Virus record (IMG/VR): IMGVR_UViG_3300047494_000229
Coordinates: 10,273 to 74,272 of that record
Strand: one strand, 5' to 3'
Length of the DNA: 64,000 nucleotides
Origin: a virus
A program made the position numbers and the translations under genes. Position 1 is the stretch's first letter. Every line of letters begins with the position of its first letter. The notes beneath the pieces are model-generated. The model ran no database searches. It was not told the DNA's origin and saw only the letters and a list, made by a program, of their open reading frames with translations. Shown here piece after piece: positions 37,426 through 47,577 of the stretch.

Positions 37426-37753
37426 CTTTGAACCTGAAACTGGTTTGTGTAATTACTTTTTCTACCCAAAGCTGAAGCTCTTTTTCTGAGTAGGCTTTGC
37501 GTTTTCGCATGGGGCAACCGATTTCTGTGCCCCATCTGTAAATAGTTGCTCTTGACGGCGTTGGTGTCATGCGTTGCAATGACTCGTACAGTTGCTCACC
37601 AGTGCATCTGAGCTTGGGTAAATTTTGCTTAATAAAGGCGTAACGACGAACATCTGATAAGCGAATTGCTCCGTAACGGTTCAGCTTTCTTAACTCGGCA
37701 TAGGCAGAAACTACGGGCAGTAGCTTCGTGTCAGACTCATCCTTGATCTGCAA
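37400..37753 (-). CDS. HTH-like DNA-binding protein
   Basis: PSRATIYRW. Confidence 0.55.
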   Translation of the reverse strand: MQIKDESDTKLLPVVSAYAELRKLNRYGAIRLSDVRRYAFIKQNLPKLRCTGEQLYESLQRMTPTPSRATIYRWGTEIGCPMRKRKAYSEKELQLWVEKVITQTSFRFKDGKIKGNS

Positions 37754-37861
37754 CCGCCCTTTAATTCGCCGCCAGGTGCGATCACTAAAATCTCCGTAAA
37801 CTCTTTTGTATTCAAGGGCTAAAACTGAAGAAATAGGACAACCACCTCCTTATTTTCTTAA

Positions 37862-37895
37862 TGGTCATTGGTCATTGGTCATTGGTCATTGGTCA
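37862..37895. repeat. Heptamer tandem repeat (TGGTCAT)n, STRR type
   Basis: About five units. Confidence 0.85.
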
Positions 37896-38063
37896 AAATT
37901 AGAGAGCTGTCAAGCAATCACAATTATTGAGAATTTGATTGATATGAGGGGCGATCGCCCTTGAATTGCGTTCTCTTAGTCCGGACAAGTCTTGCGGCTT
38001 GTCCTTGCCTCTACATACTAAAAAACCCAGACAAGCTGGGCAATTCTCTATGAGACTCTTTAT

Positions 38064-38324
38064 TTAATTGAGAGGTGGGGGCGGCTCTAATCCTGAATCT
38101 CGAATAAAAGTTAATAGCTGTACAGTCCTTAACGTAAGGTCGCTAGGCTGCCGCCTGTTACTAGTATTCATAAACCACTGGGCGATCGCGTGGGGCGTAA
38201 CTCCCAACTCTTGAGCGAATTCCGGGTAAGAGCGATCGCCTATGCAAGCGCGAATGTAGTCAATTCGGTTCATAATAAAATTGCCCTCCATAGGCTGATT
38301 CTGTGGTGGGTGGAAACCTAGCAA
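38064..38324 (-). CDS. Cro/XRE-like HTH regulator (likely start ~38273)
   Basis: SYPEFAQELGVTPHAIAQW...RRQPS. Confidence 0.75.
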   Translation of the reverse strand: MLGFHPPQNQPMEGNFIMNRIDYIRACIGDRSYPEFAQELGVTPHAIAQWFMNTSNRRQPSDLTLRTVQLLTFIRDSGLEPPPPLN

Positions 38325-38466
38325 GCGTCTGATCCACGTTTGCTAGGCAACTGTTTTCGGTGCGATACCGCACCGAAAACCGCGATCGTAATTCTTAATT
38401 ATTGGGATTATAGCACCGTTATTGTCGGAGTGGTACGATTAAACGGACGCTATTAAAAACAGAGTT

Positions 38467-39045
38467 ATGGTAAAAAAACCACAAACAGCCGAAGAATTAC
38501 TAGCAGACGAGCAACAACATCCAAATCGCGGCAAAATCAATGGGGAATATGTTGCAGACATCGGTACAACAGAGTTAAGTATTTTTATTGATGGGGATCT
38601 GTACAATAAGCTGATTCAAATCCGAGGGGCGATCGGCTTAACTAAGAGTCAGTTAGCGCAAGAGTCAGTTTTTGCCGCGCTTCGTTTTCTGAAGCAATTG
38701 ACTGGAAACCAAGGTATTACTATCGACTTAAGCGTTGAGGGGAAAAGTAATTTTCGCGGCAACGTTCCTCGATACGCATACGAGCGAGTGTTGAGCTTAG
38801 GAGAATTGCATAGGTTAGACAAGCGTCAAGCTACTTATTTAGGTTTGTACTTGTTCGCCAATGATCCAGTAATTCAAGATGAGTACAAACTATTCATTGA
38901 TAATCGCGCTACCCAGTTGAACTCTAGTGTCGAAGAGGTACAAGAATCTTTGTACGGCTTATCCAAGGCTTTGAGCAGAAAAGAGCGTATTAAATTACTT
39001 AGCTCAGGCGACTCATCAGCAAATGAGCCAAAAATGAATATTTGA
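38467..39045 (+). CDS. Hypothetical protein, possibly RHH-type regulator
   Basis: 192-aa ORF followed by hairpin AAGCCAGT...ACTGGCTT. Confidence 0.55.
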   Translation: MVKKPQTAEELLADEQQHPNRGKINGEYVADIGTTELSIFIDGDLYNKLIQIRGAIGLTKSQLAQESVFAALRFLKQLTGNQGITIDLSVEGKSNFRGNVPRYAYERVLSLGELHRLDKRQATYLGLYLFANDPVIQDEYKLFIDNRATQLNSSVEEVQESLYGLSKALSRKERIKLLSSGDSSANEPKMNI

Positions 39046-39238
39046 TAAAAAAGCCAGTAACATCACTGGCTTAAGTATCGAATGGATTTATCGCTACAAC
39101 TATAGCTAATTGTATTATGTCCCCAAGCGATCGCCTGCGCCTCATCCAAATCCAAGAAAAATTCGCCAAACTCGGATGGCTGCCACGCGAAGACGTAATA
39201 TGGTTGATAGAGATTTTGGAGCAACTATGCAGAACTTG

Positions 39239-39360
39239 AGGAACAATTGTTCCTGAAAAACGACTGAAAGCCTTATTATTGCGTTAAGAACAATTGTTCT
39301 TTAGGGGCGATCGCTCAGGACGGGCCGCGCCAACGCCAACTCCAGGAACAATTGTTCCTG
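39239..39360. repeat. Three GAACAATTGTTC palindromes
   Basis: Copies at 39239, 39286 and 39343. Confidence 0.75.
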
Positions 39361-39536
39361 AAGAATCAGAGAAAGTACTGTCTCTACGTTAGAAACACCG
39401 TGAAATTGTTTATCATCGCCAATTCTAACCAGCTAATAAACTGCTACTATCACTCTGAATTTAAAACGTCTCGTTTTTGTAACAAAGCTAAATAAATTCC
39501 ACTTTTCAGACTCAAGAAAACGATAGAATTTCAGTA

Positions 39537-39770
39537 TTGCTACTATTGAGTTTGATGAAGAGACTGCTGAGTAATTCAGAGTTGCAAATTCTTACTGATG
39601 AATTTCACGTTTTAGATGGCGAGATTCCCTTACTCATCAAGCTTTTATGGGATATTCGCCATTTTCAGGAAGATTTGCTAGCACTTCCCATACATAAATT
39701 AGAGTTGTTAATGCGACAGGTTTGGGAAATTGATCAAGCGATCGCCTTGGAAATCCTAAAGTTAGTATAA
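39537..39770 (+). CDS. Hypothetical protein
   Basis: ORF only. Confidence 0.4.
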   Translation: MLLLSLMKRLLSNSELQILTDEFHVLDGEIPLLIKLLWDIRHFQEDLLALPIHKLELLMRQVWEIDQAIALEILKLV

Positions 39771-39851
39771 AATGAACATAGCTTGTCACAGAAAAACACA
39801 CGAAGCCGAGACGAACTTTAGGCTTGTGTGTAAATTGTGATGAATGCTTCG

Positions 39852-40190
39852 TGTGAACTACCCCGCCGTAAGACAGACGGGGCTTCCCAATTCATCGGGA
39901 ATAGCTTCCAGAACTTCGTAGTACTAAAAAGTCTTAGATTCCCTCCAAGGGCAGGAGTCCTGGTTCCCAAGACCCAAATTTTTCTCTTGCAACATATACC
40001 TATTAGCTTGGTTTTCGCTTGCGGCATTGATGGTCAAGACATTAGTTATCTTACCAGAAAATTTTGGGGATTCGTCATACATCCAGTATTTGTTTTTGCG
40101 TCAGCAAAAACAAATACGGGATGTATGACGAATCCCCGCTCACAATCCCCACCTTATGAGTACATTGAAGGTGGGGACTTCCGCAACACG
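39852..40190 (-). mobile_element. Non-autonomous IS200/IS605-derived element (MITE)
   Basis: Minus strand: TTAA, then CGTGTTGCGGAAGTCCCCACCT...AGGTGGGGA left-end hairpin; right end GAAGCCCCGTC...GGCGGGGTAGTTCAC; no transposase. Confidence 0.7.
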
Positions 40191-40212
40191 TTAACGAAGG
40201 TGAAGTATAACT

Positions 40213-40542
40213 ATGTCTTTTTGGGATATTGACGAAATTCAGCAGATTTTTGATGAGACAACAGAGTTGTGTGTCAGTAAGTCTGAAATTAAGCAAATTG
40301 GCGATCGCCTACAATCTGAAGGATATAGGCTAATCAAAACTGCGGTTTTTGTCCCTGATTCGTCACCACAGCCTCGTACTAGTTTTGTTCTGGAGATGAG
40401 AGAAAAATTACATCCTTTACTGGAAAGTGCGATCACTATCCTTAGAGAATCTTTGGAGCATAATGCTATCGACGAAAGAAAGGTACAAATCGCACTGGAA
40501 GTACTGGGAATCGCTTTTACAAGTGGAGTTATAGATTTATGA
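40213..40542 (+). CDS. Hypothetical protein
   Basis: ORF only. Confidence 0.5.
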   Translation: MSFWDIDEIQQIFDETTELCVSKSEIKQIGDRLQSEGYRLIKTAVFVPDSSPQPRTSFVLEMREKLHPLLESAITILRESLEHNAIDERKVQIALEVLGIAFTSGVIDL

Positions 40543-40718
40543 AAATGGCAAACAGCAATTTAAACGAAAAAACTATTGATGATACCACTTATTGGTACAA
40601 CGAACTTGGCTATATTCTCCGCACAGAAACCAAATTGGAGCGCACTGGATACTCAGAGGTGAAAGAATCAGATGTGAGCATAATCGCCTAGAATAAATCA
40701 ACACTTTCTACCTCCACA

Positions 40719-43451
40719 ATGCTCACGATCGCCTCCGCATTCCTCCCCACCAAATCCCTTGGTCATTACCGCGCACATTTGGCGGAAGTTTGCCTTGAGG
40801 AAAATAACTACGCGCCTTTGGTGGTGGTGGATTTTGGAGAAACAGAGACAATTACGGTTGAGGCATCTACGGGGGCAATCGCCCTTCCCGCAGGTTGGAC
40901 AAGTGTAACAGCGATCGCCTGTAACGGACAAACTTTTACCCCAACAAGTACCCCAGAATCGCCTCAATCTGGGGAATTTTTGTACAATCCCTACACCAAT
41001 ACAGTGCAGGTTTATGGTGCGAGTGGGCAAAGTTTCCAAGTTTATGGAGCAACCGAGCAGATTAAATTTGCCCCGCCGTTACTTCCTCCTCCCTACCCAC
41101 AGCTATTTACTAATCTGCCTCTCAAGGGAACTATTCAAATTAATTGTCAGTTTGAGCAACAACCTAGCGGACAGTTTGAGTTTGAAGTGGCGCTTCCAAA
41201 AGGTGTGATACAAGGTATCCTTGCTCCAGGTACAGAAATTGACCTTTACAATGTGCCTTTGAGAATCAATAGCCTGAGAATTACTGAACTACCAAGAAGT
41301 ATTTACCCAGATGGGCGGTGTATCGTAACCGCGTCACTTGGTGGCAGGTGGGATAATTATTTGAGTGAGCCGTGCTTCTTAAGGGCAGATGGCAAGAATA
41401 ACTTTCCTAGTAATGTACCTTTCCAAGATCCAGACTGTACTACAGGTAGCACTACAAGCTCAACTAATCCCAATATCTCAACAACTATTCAACAGTTACT
41501 AGCTAAAATTGGGATTTCTTACACTGGGCCCAATCTTGCAGTTGTTCCCATCCCTTCTGGAACGTTGGTAGATACTGTGGTGAATCCGGTGCAGTTGATG
41601 AGCGATCGCCTCCGGGTTGCAAATTCTTTTATCCGTTGGAGTAACGCGGCTGCTGTTGAGGTGGTTCCCATTAATAGTATGCGGGTGTGGAACTACCAAG
41701 AATCAGACATTTTGGAGCAAACGGAGACAAGTTACGAGGCGATCGCCAAGACAAGCAAACGGCGTTTAACTTCCATTGCTAATTACAATCCGCCATCTCC
41801 TGATTTGGTGAATTTCCCCAGCACAGTGCAAAGCCCACCAATACCACAGATGGCAAGCGAAGCTGCGACGGCGCTAGCTTTTGAATATCCTAATACCGAA
41901 TTAACACTAAATCTTCCTGAAACTCAAACCCAGAATTCTTCTCAGCAAGAATTAAATCAAGGGCAATCAACGCCAAGGTATGTGCGCTTACCTAGTAAGC
42001 GGGAAGTACGGATTGATGGCGATCCAAACGCTCAGATTCCCCTTGAAGGAGTGGCATTGATTCAGCAAATGAGTTTGATTTTTGATATTGGAGGGCAAAC
42101 GAAAACCCGTTCAACTACCACGACTGAAGATGGGACGACTACTCAAGTAATTGACGAGATTTGGGGGTTTGCTTGCTATGCTGATCAAATTTACAATACT
42201 GAGGATGATAAACTTTATGGAAATCCCAATACTTATTGGGTTTGCTTGAAGCTGACAACCACTACCTATACTTACGATTTAGGAACTGGTTATTTACTCG
42301 CTACTTATACTTCTGGTTACAATACTATCCGTTACCGCCAAGAAACAGCTGATAATCCAGAAACTCTGGGATTAGATCCTAGCGATTCTGAGTATAGTCT
42401 ATACGCCTTTTTTCGCATTCCAGTAATTTCACGAACTAGCTATTATTTACAATTAATGCCCGATTACAATGACGATGGGCAATTTGAATTGGTAAAAGTT
42501 TGTAACCGAGATGGCACTAGCTCTGTCCAACCATTAATAAATCCAGATTACGCGCCTCCCTACTATGTAGAGTACGAGCGCACTGAATCAGTAGCTTTTG
42601 CCTCTACTCCCAATCCGGATAATGAAGGATTGACGGCGGATTCTGATACTCCATTTGCACCAGATATTGTAGGTGGTGAAGAGTCGCGTTTTGAATCCCT
42701 TGTGCAAGTCACGGAAGCGACTTATGAACAAATTTTAACGGGCTTTGATAACGGTATCCCGATTTATAAACAGGGAGCGGAGATTACACCGCAAAAGTGG
42801 ACGAAATATATTAAGCAATTCAAAGCTCAAGGACAGGCGATCGCCTCTGCCTTAGAGCAAATTTCCGTGGAGGAAGGCACAGGGGAACTACCTGTTGCAA
42901 CTAGACGAGCGAATCTTTACACCAAAGAGCAACCCGCACCAAGTCCATCTCAAGCAACTCAAATACCCCAGCAGCAATACCGCTACTTCTTGCAAACTGC
43001 GGGATACACGGCAGCGAATCCCATACAGGGAACTGAGAATTTCCCGGTGGCCCAAACTTTTCAGCAATCACTGACGGCAGCTAAATGCAAATTAGCGATT
43101 GAGAACTGGCGAAATGGATTTACCGAGACATTGCAGATAGCTGGGAATTTACAGATTAGGGATGGCGATCGCTTCAACTATTTGTGCGATGGTGAATATC
43201 GCCAAAGGGTGGTTTTGGGCGTGCAAACTACATTGAATATCTTGGGCGTGGTTAACGGGATACCCCAAGTAACTGCTAGCACATCGCTGACTCTGGGGCG
43301 ATGGATGTTACCAGCAGTTAGTTATACTCAAATACCAGTCCTCCCAAAGCCGAAAGCACCAGGATATGACATTACGGTGACAAACGTGATTAGTGCAAAT
43401 CTGGGATCTACGATAGATTGGACAACAGTTAGAAGTCGGAGAAATCCTTAA
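40719..43451 (+). CDS. Large virion structural protein (tail tip/baseplate hub-like)
   Basis: 910 aa, Thr/Pro/Tyr-rich beta character; C-terminal GNLQIRDGDRF...V...T..L hub-like pattern. Confidence 0.55.
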   Translation: MLTIASAFLPTKSLGHYRAHLAEVCLEENNYAPLVVVDFGETETITVEASTGAIALPAGWTSVTAIACNGQTFTPTSTPESPQSGEFLYNPYTNTVQVYGASGQSFQVYGATEQIKFAPPLLPPPYPQLFTNLPLKGTIQINCQFEQQPSGQFEFEVALPKGVIQGILAPGTEIDLYNVPLRINSLRITELPRSIYPDGRCIVTASLGGRWDNYLSEPCFLRADGKNNFPSNVPFQDPDCTTGSTTSSTNPNISTTIQQLLAKIGISYTGPNLAVVPIPSGTLVDTVVNPVQLMSDRLRVANSFIRWSNAAAVEVVPINSMRVWNYQESDILEQTETSYEAIAKTSKRRLTSIANYNPPSPDLVNFPSTVQSPPIPQMASEAATALAFEYPNTELTLNLPETQTQNSSQQELNQGQSTPRYVRLPSKREVRIDGDPNAQIPLEGVALIQQMSLIFDIGGQTKTRSTTTTEDGTTTQVIDEIWGFACYADQIYNTEDDKLYGNPNTYWVCLKLTTTTYTYDLGTGYLLATYTSGYNTIRYRQETADNPETLGLDPSDSEYSLYAFFRIPVISRTSYYLQLMPDYNDDGQFELVKVCNRDGTSSVQPLINPDYAPPYYVEYERTESVAFASTPNPDNEGLTADSDTPFAPDIVGGEESRFESLVQVTEATYEQILTGFDNGIPIYKQGAEITPQKWTKYIKQFKAQGQAIASALEQISVEEGTGELPVATRRANLYTKEQPAPSPSQATQIPQQQYRYFLQTAGYTAANPIQGTENFPVAQTFQQSLTAAKCKLAIENWRNGFTETLQIAGNLQIRDGDRFNYLCDGEYRQRVVLGVQTTLNILGVVNGIPQVTASTSLTLGRWMLPAVSYTQIPVLPKPKAPGYDITVTNVISANLGSTIDWTTVRSRRNP

Positions 43452-43462
43452 GCGGTGATCAC

Positions 43463-43804
43463 ATGGCACTTACTTTGACAAAAGTTATTCAGACAGAAGA
43501 AAGTTTTACTGTTGGCGAAAACTTGGAAAAATTAATTATTTACACTAAGTCTGAGATAGTGGCAATAATCAATAGACAGCAAGTAGCAATAGTACCTCAT
43601 CCTTCAAAAGAAAATTTAATTAAAAATAAAATAAAAAATAATCTGCTTAGTTTTGGATGGTACTACTTTCCAGAAAAAGAGCTAGAAGAGATAGAAGAAA
43701 AACTTGATGAAATAGCAGATTTTTTCGCTAATGCCGATTCTGGAGAGAAGACAATCGGGGAGGGCGAGGTTAAATCATCTTTAATGATTTTAGTTAAAGA
43801 CTAA
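43463..43804 (+). CDS. Hypothetical protein
   Basis: ORF only. Confidence 0.5.
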   Translation: MALTLTKVIQTEESFTVGENLEKLIIYTKSEIVAIINRQQVAIVPHPSKENLIKNKIKNNLLSFGWYYFPEKELEEIEEKLDEIADFFANADSGEKTIGEGEVKSSLMILVKD

Positions 43805-44019
43805 ACTAGAGGTAATTATTTATCATACTACAATATAAAATACAGAATGTACACACTAGCTAAAGTTGCTGAACCTTGGGCGAAGCTCTTCCCTACAATT
43901 ACGGAAAATGACACTAGCCTTAAAGTGACGGTGCGGGGACAGAGTTTTACGATTGCGATACCGAAGAAAGTTAATCAGATCACGTCCAACAGGAATTTAT
44001 CATACCGATAATGCGGTTT

Positions 44020-45906
44020 CTACTTGTAATAACTAGCAGCATATAATGTAGCATTTTTGGGAATCCTGGATAATTTTTGAGTTAATGTTTTTTGATATAG
44101 TATTTTACCGTCACTTCCAATATTCCATACTTCTATATATGCTACTAAATTACCACCTTTATTAAAATCAGGAATATTTGTTATGTAAATATTATTTTTA
44201 TTTAAATTATCTTTTTGAATTCGGGTATTTATTAAATTAGTGGTGGGAACCAATGTAGGTCTACTTACATTATTTTCAGTTAAATAAGGTATCTCAACCG
44301 GAGTAGTGTAAGAAAAAAGTGTATTATTATTAATTGCTAAATTACCATAACTAAAACCCTGTTCATTTATTTCTTCTAAATGTAAATAAGTATAAATGGA
44401 ACCTTCGTTCATAATTAATGTTCCATTTACTGAGGCAAAACTTATAAATGGTTTTGTTTCGACACTATTAATAGTTATATTACAAGTAATAGACAGAACT
44501 ACTTCATCCCCGATATCTTTTGTATATACAATGCTATTTAATACACCTCTATATAAAACATAACCATTACTATTTTTCTTACCGATTAATATTTGTTTAT
44601 TAACAAATTCACTTTCATTAGGTAAACTTGTTAGCAAATTATAATTAGAATAAGTGGGATTAATTAAATTAGAAATAAATATTGTAATACCAGATGATAC
44701 ATTAAATGATGTATTAGATTCTAATCTTAATATTGAACTATTATTTAATGTAATAATATTATCATTAGAATCTTTATAGTAATATTCAATATTTCTTGAG
44801 ATACTTATTATTCGTCCAAAGTCTATATTACTATTATTAGGGTGTTGTCTTTTTTTAGAAATGCTTGAATTGTTTTCAGAACTATAAATAATACCTTTTT
44901 TAAAACATATTATTGGAAAAATACTAGTATACGTATAGTTTTCTAAAACTATATCATTATTTTCAGTAGTTGTTAAAGTAAAAGAATAATCAAAATTGTC
45001 TGTATCTATATTAGAAGTATTTATACTATTTACTGTATTGTTTTGTGTACTTCTACTATCATGAAAACCATAATCAAAAGAATTAAATAAATAACTAACT
45101 GAACCAGTTTTAAATTGATCTATATCATAATCTAATGTATAAAAATATGTGGGTGAATTAAAGTTACCCGTGTAATTATAACCTGACACATCGTTACCAG
45201 TTCGTATTATTGAACCAGAAGCAAGACTATCAAATGGATATACACCATTATATAAAACATTATTAAATTCTCCTGAAGATGATATTCTATTTACAACAGG
45301 AGATAAATTATTACTTTTCCATATACAGGAACCTTTGTAATCAATACTATTATATATTGTTATACCGTCTATATTATTTTGAATAGATGTCAAAATACCG
45401 TCTATGTTTTTTTGATGATAACTAAATTTATTTGCGTAATTTAAAATTATAGTTCCAGCATTATCTATATTATTTGAAAACGCCAATCTATATTTACCAC
45501 CATCATTATGAATATACGATCGAACATAATTACTGCCAAAATTATCAGGTAATGTAATTAAATCAGTTGTAATATTATTAGATGCGTATACTTTATTATT
45601 TAGCGAGTAGAGATAATAGAGGTTTGAAATTTTAGTTCTTATACTATCAGTTTTTCTATATTCAATAATTCTCCTTGTAGACTGGACTATGTTTAAAGTC
45701 GGTTCCCCCACTAAATACCAATTACCCTTATTAGTCAGGAGGGCGATCGCCTCTCCCGCATCTAAATCCACTAAATAAGTTGCACTAACATCAGCACCAT
45801 TAATTTTTAAGCTGACGTTTTGCCCCGCGACACCCTTGGGAATACTCATGGGAATCATGTTGGCGATCGTGAATAGGCTTTTAAGCTGGCGATCGGTTAT
45901 TTCCAT
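44020..45906 (-). CDS. Putative tail/receptor-binding protein with AT-rich variable body
   Basis: Asn/Ile/Ser-rich; HIP1 sites only in the N-terminal portion. Confidence 0.55.
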   Translation of the reverse strand: MEITDRQLKSLFTIANMIPMSIPKGVAGQNVSLKINGADVSATYLVDLDAGEAIALLTNKGNWYLVGEPTLNIVQSTRRIIEYRKTDSIRTKISNLYYLYSLNNKVYASNNITTDLITLPDNFGSNYVRSYIHNDGGKYRLAFSNNIDNAGTIILNYANKFSYHQKNIDGILTSIQNNIDGITIYNSIDYKGSCIWKSNNLSPVVNRISSSGEFNNVLYNGVYPFDSLASGSIIRTGNDVSGYNYTGNFNSPTYFYTLDYDIDQFKTGSVSYLFNSFDYGFHDSRSTQNNTVNSINTSNIDTDNFDYSFTLTTTENNDIVLENYTYTSIFPIICFKKGIIYSSENNSSISKKRQHPNNSNIDFGRIISISRNIEYYYKDSNDNIITLNNSSILRLESNTSFNVSSGITIFISNLINPTYSNYNLLTSLPNESEFVNKQILIGKKNSNGYVLYRGVLNSIVYTKDIGDEVVLSITCNITINSVETKPFISFASVNGTLIMNEGSIYTYLHLEEINEQGFSYGNLAINNNTLFSYTTPVEIPYLTENNVSRPTLVPTTNLINTRIQKDNLNKNNIYITNIPDFNKGGNLVAYIEVWNIGSDGKILYQKTLTQKLSRIPKNATLYAASYYK

Positions 45907-46610
45907 AGAAATTGAATTATGTCAATTACTAAACCCCATTTCGTCCACCACAATCTACTTTGCCATTTATCGATTGCGGCTTGTGGGATTGGGGCAAAGT
46001 TAGCAAGCGCCAATTTCAAGTAATTAGCATGATTAAATTCATCGCTGACAATTTGAGAAGCGATCGCCCTGAGTGCTAAATCATCACACTTCGTCAACTC
46101 TTGATAAAAAGCTGCTGTCGCCTCCTCTAAAACGTACATAAAGGCTAATTTATCTTCCCAAGGGTAATCAAAAGCAGCACGATTCTTGAATAGCAGCCGC
46201 GCAGAAATATAACGTTTAGAAATGCCATCAAAGTTCTCAAATAGCCCAGTTAACTGTTCTCCAGGAAACTTGTAGGAATCCCAAGTAACAGATTTAGGGA
46301 TAGCGGTATTATCTGGGCGATTAACTATAGTTTCTCCTGATGGGCGTGTTACCTCAATCCACCGTCCAGAATTTTCAGTCAAAGAGACGCGATCGCCACA
46401 CCCATCAGCTAGGGATGCCAACATTTTCCCGTGTTTATTCTCTTCTTTACGGTGAGTTTCAAGCATAGTGGCAAGATTTGGACGATTCTCGGCTAACGCT
46501 TGACCTTGTAACTTAAAACAAAATATAGCAATTCCAAATTCAATCTTTGCAAGCAGCCTCAAAAAACGTTGCTTGTCACGCAATCCTAAATAGATCAACA
46601 ATTTCAGCAT
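45897..46610 (-). CDS. Ferritin-like (di-iron) domain protein
   Basis: E...EENKH and EE...DEFNH paired ligand motifs. Confidence 0.7.
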   Translation of the reverse strand: MLKLLIYLGLRDKQRFLRLLAKIEFGIAIFCFKLQGQALAENRPNLATMLETHRKEENKHGKMLASLADGCGDRVSLTENSGRWIEVTRPSGETIVNRPDNTAIPKSVTWDSYKFPGEQLTGLFENFDGISKRYISARLLFKNRAAFDYPWEDKLAFMYVLEEATAAFYQELTKCDDLALRAIASQIVSDEFNHANYLKLALANFAPIPQAAIDKWQSRLWWTKWGLVIDIIQFLWK

Positions 46611-47002
46611 TAGCTAAAAGTTTGAGGAACAAATAATCGGGATTGAGGAATGTATTTAAAACAAATAGCTTTAAAACTTCCACTGCTGTTTTTTTTAAAT
46701 AGTGATAAGTATTTTTGGCTGGGAGTAGGTTGAAAATAGAAGGAACTACCACCTACTGGAATGTTGGCTAGCCAAACTCGGTTAGTAAAAGGGGGAGCAG
46801 ATGGGGGAATGGATGTCCAATAGTGAACTTGTATTATTCCAGTACTACTTGGCGGCCCACTGCTTGTATCAACGAAGAAGCGAATTGGAAAAGACGGGAA
46901 TTCCAAGAATTGAATATATTTCAGTAATCCAGAAGGGCACTGATTACAACTACTTAGAACTGGAATTGGACTAGCTTCTCTATATAACGAATCTCGCCAC
47001 AT
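46610..47002 (-). CDS. Hypothetical protein in tail module
   Basis: Operon-packed ORF. Confidence 0.5.
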   Translation of the reverse strand: MWRDSLYREASPIPVLSSCNQCPSGLLKYIQFLEFPSFPIRFFVDTSSGPPSSTGIIQVHYWTSIPPSAPPFTNRVWLANIPVGGSSFYFQPTPSQKYLSLFKKNSSGSFKAICFKYIPQSRLFVPQTFS

Positions 47003-47574
47003 TAGCTTCTGGTAATTTGTAGTTTTATATTAATTGAAGCAGATGATAGAGTGCGAGAGGAAGCAGACGTATTTAATACTAATATTCCAGTTAAAGCGTT
47101 CAACGTCGCTTCACACACATACTTCAAATTTAGTGTATTTACACTAAATAGATTTCTACCTGAAACCGTCAGCGCATTAGCAAAAGTAATCGAGCCGATA
47201 TAGCTGTTTGCTTCGGTGTCAGACAAGGTTAGCGCTGAAAGGCTGGTGGCATTAATGCCTGAAGCGGCTGGAGTAATCGAAAACAGCAGCAGACTCAGAG
47301 TATCTGCCGCTAATACGGTATTGTTGATCTGAAGCGCCGCACCAGCGATCGCCCCTCCCCAACCGACGTTTGCAGCGACTGAGGCGAAGCTGAAATAACT
47401 GCCAACGATTTGTCCGTTGGCGTAAGTCCCCGAAATACCAGTTTGAGCAACATTGATTACATTGTCATCAAACCGCACTAAGGGATAATTTATATTATTT
47501 GAATCTTGCAGCACTCCCGACTTTTGTTGAGCGCCATTGAAGTCTGGAATCAGAATCGAACTAGGGGTTGGCAT
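47002..47574 (-). CDS. Putative tail structural protein
   Basis: Ser/Thr/Ala-rich beta protein. Confidence 0.55.
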   Translation of the reverse strand: MPTPSSILIPDFNGAQQKSGVLQDSNNINYPLVRFDDNVINVAQTGISGTYANGQIVGSYFSFASVAANVGWGGAIAGAALQINNTVLAADTLSLLLFSITPAASGINATSLSALTLSDTEANSYIGSITFANALTVSGRNLFSVNTLNLKYVCEATLNALTGILVLNTSASSRTLSSASINIKLQITRS

Positions 47575-47577
47575 TAA

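Noticed and set aside
39818-40296. ORFs overlapping the MITE as real genes
   Set aside because: They are read-through frames across IS ends, at most a vestigial tnpB tail
44020-45906. Asn-rich gene as a diversity-generating retroelement target
   Set aside because: No reverse transcriptase or template/variable repeat pair seen
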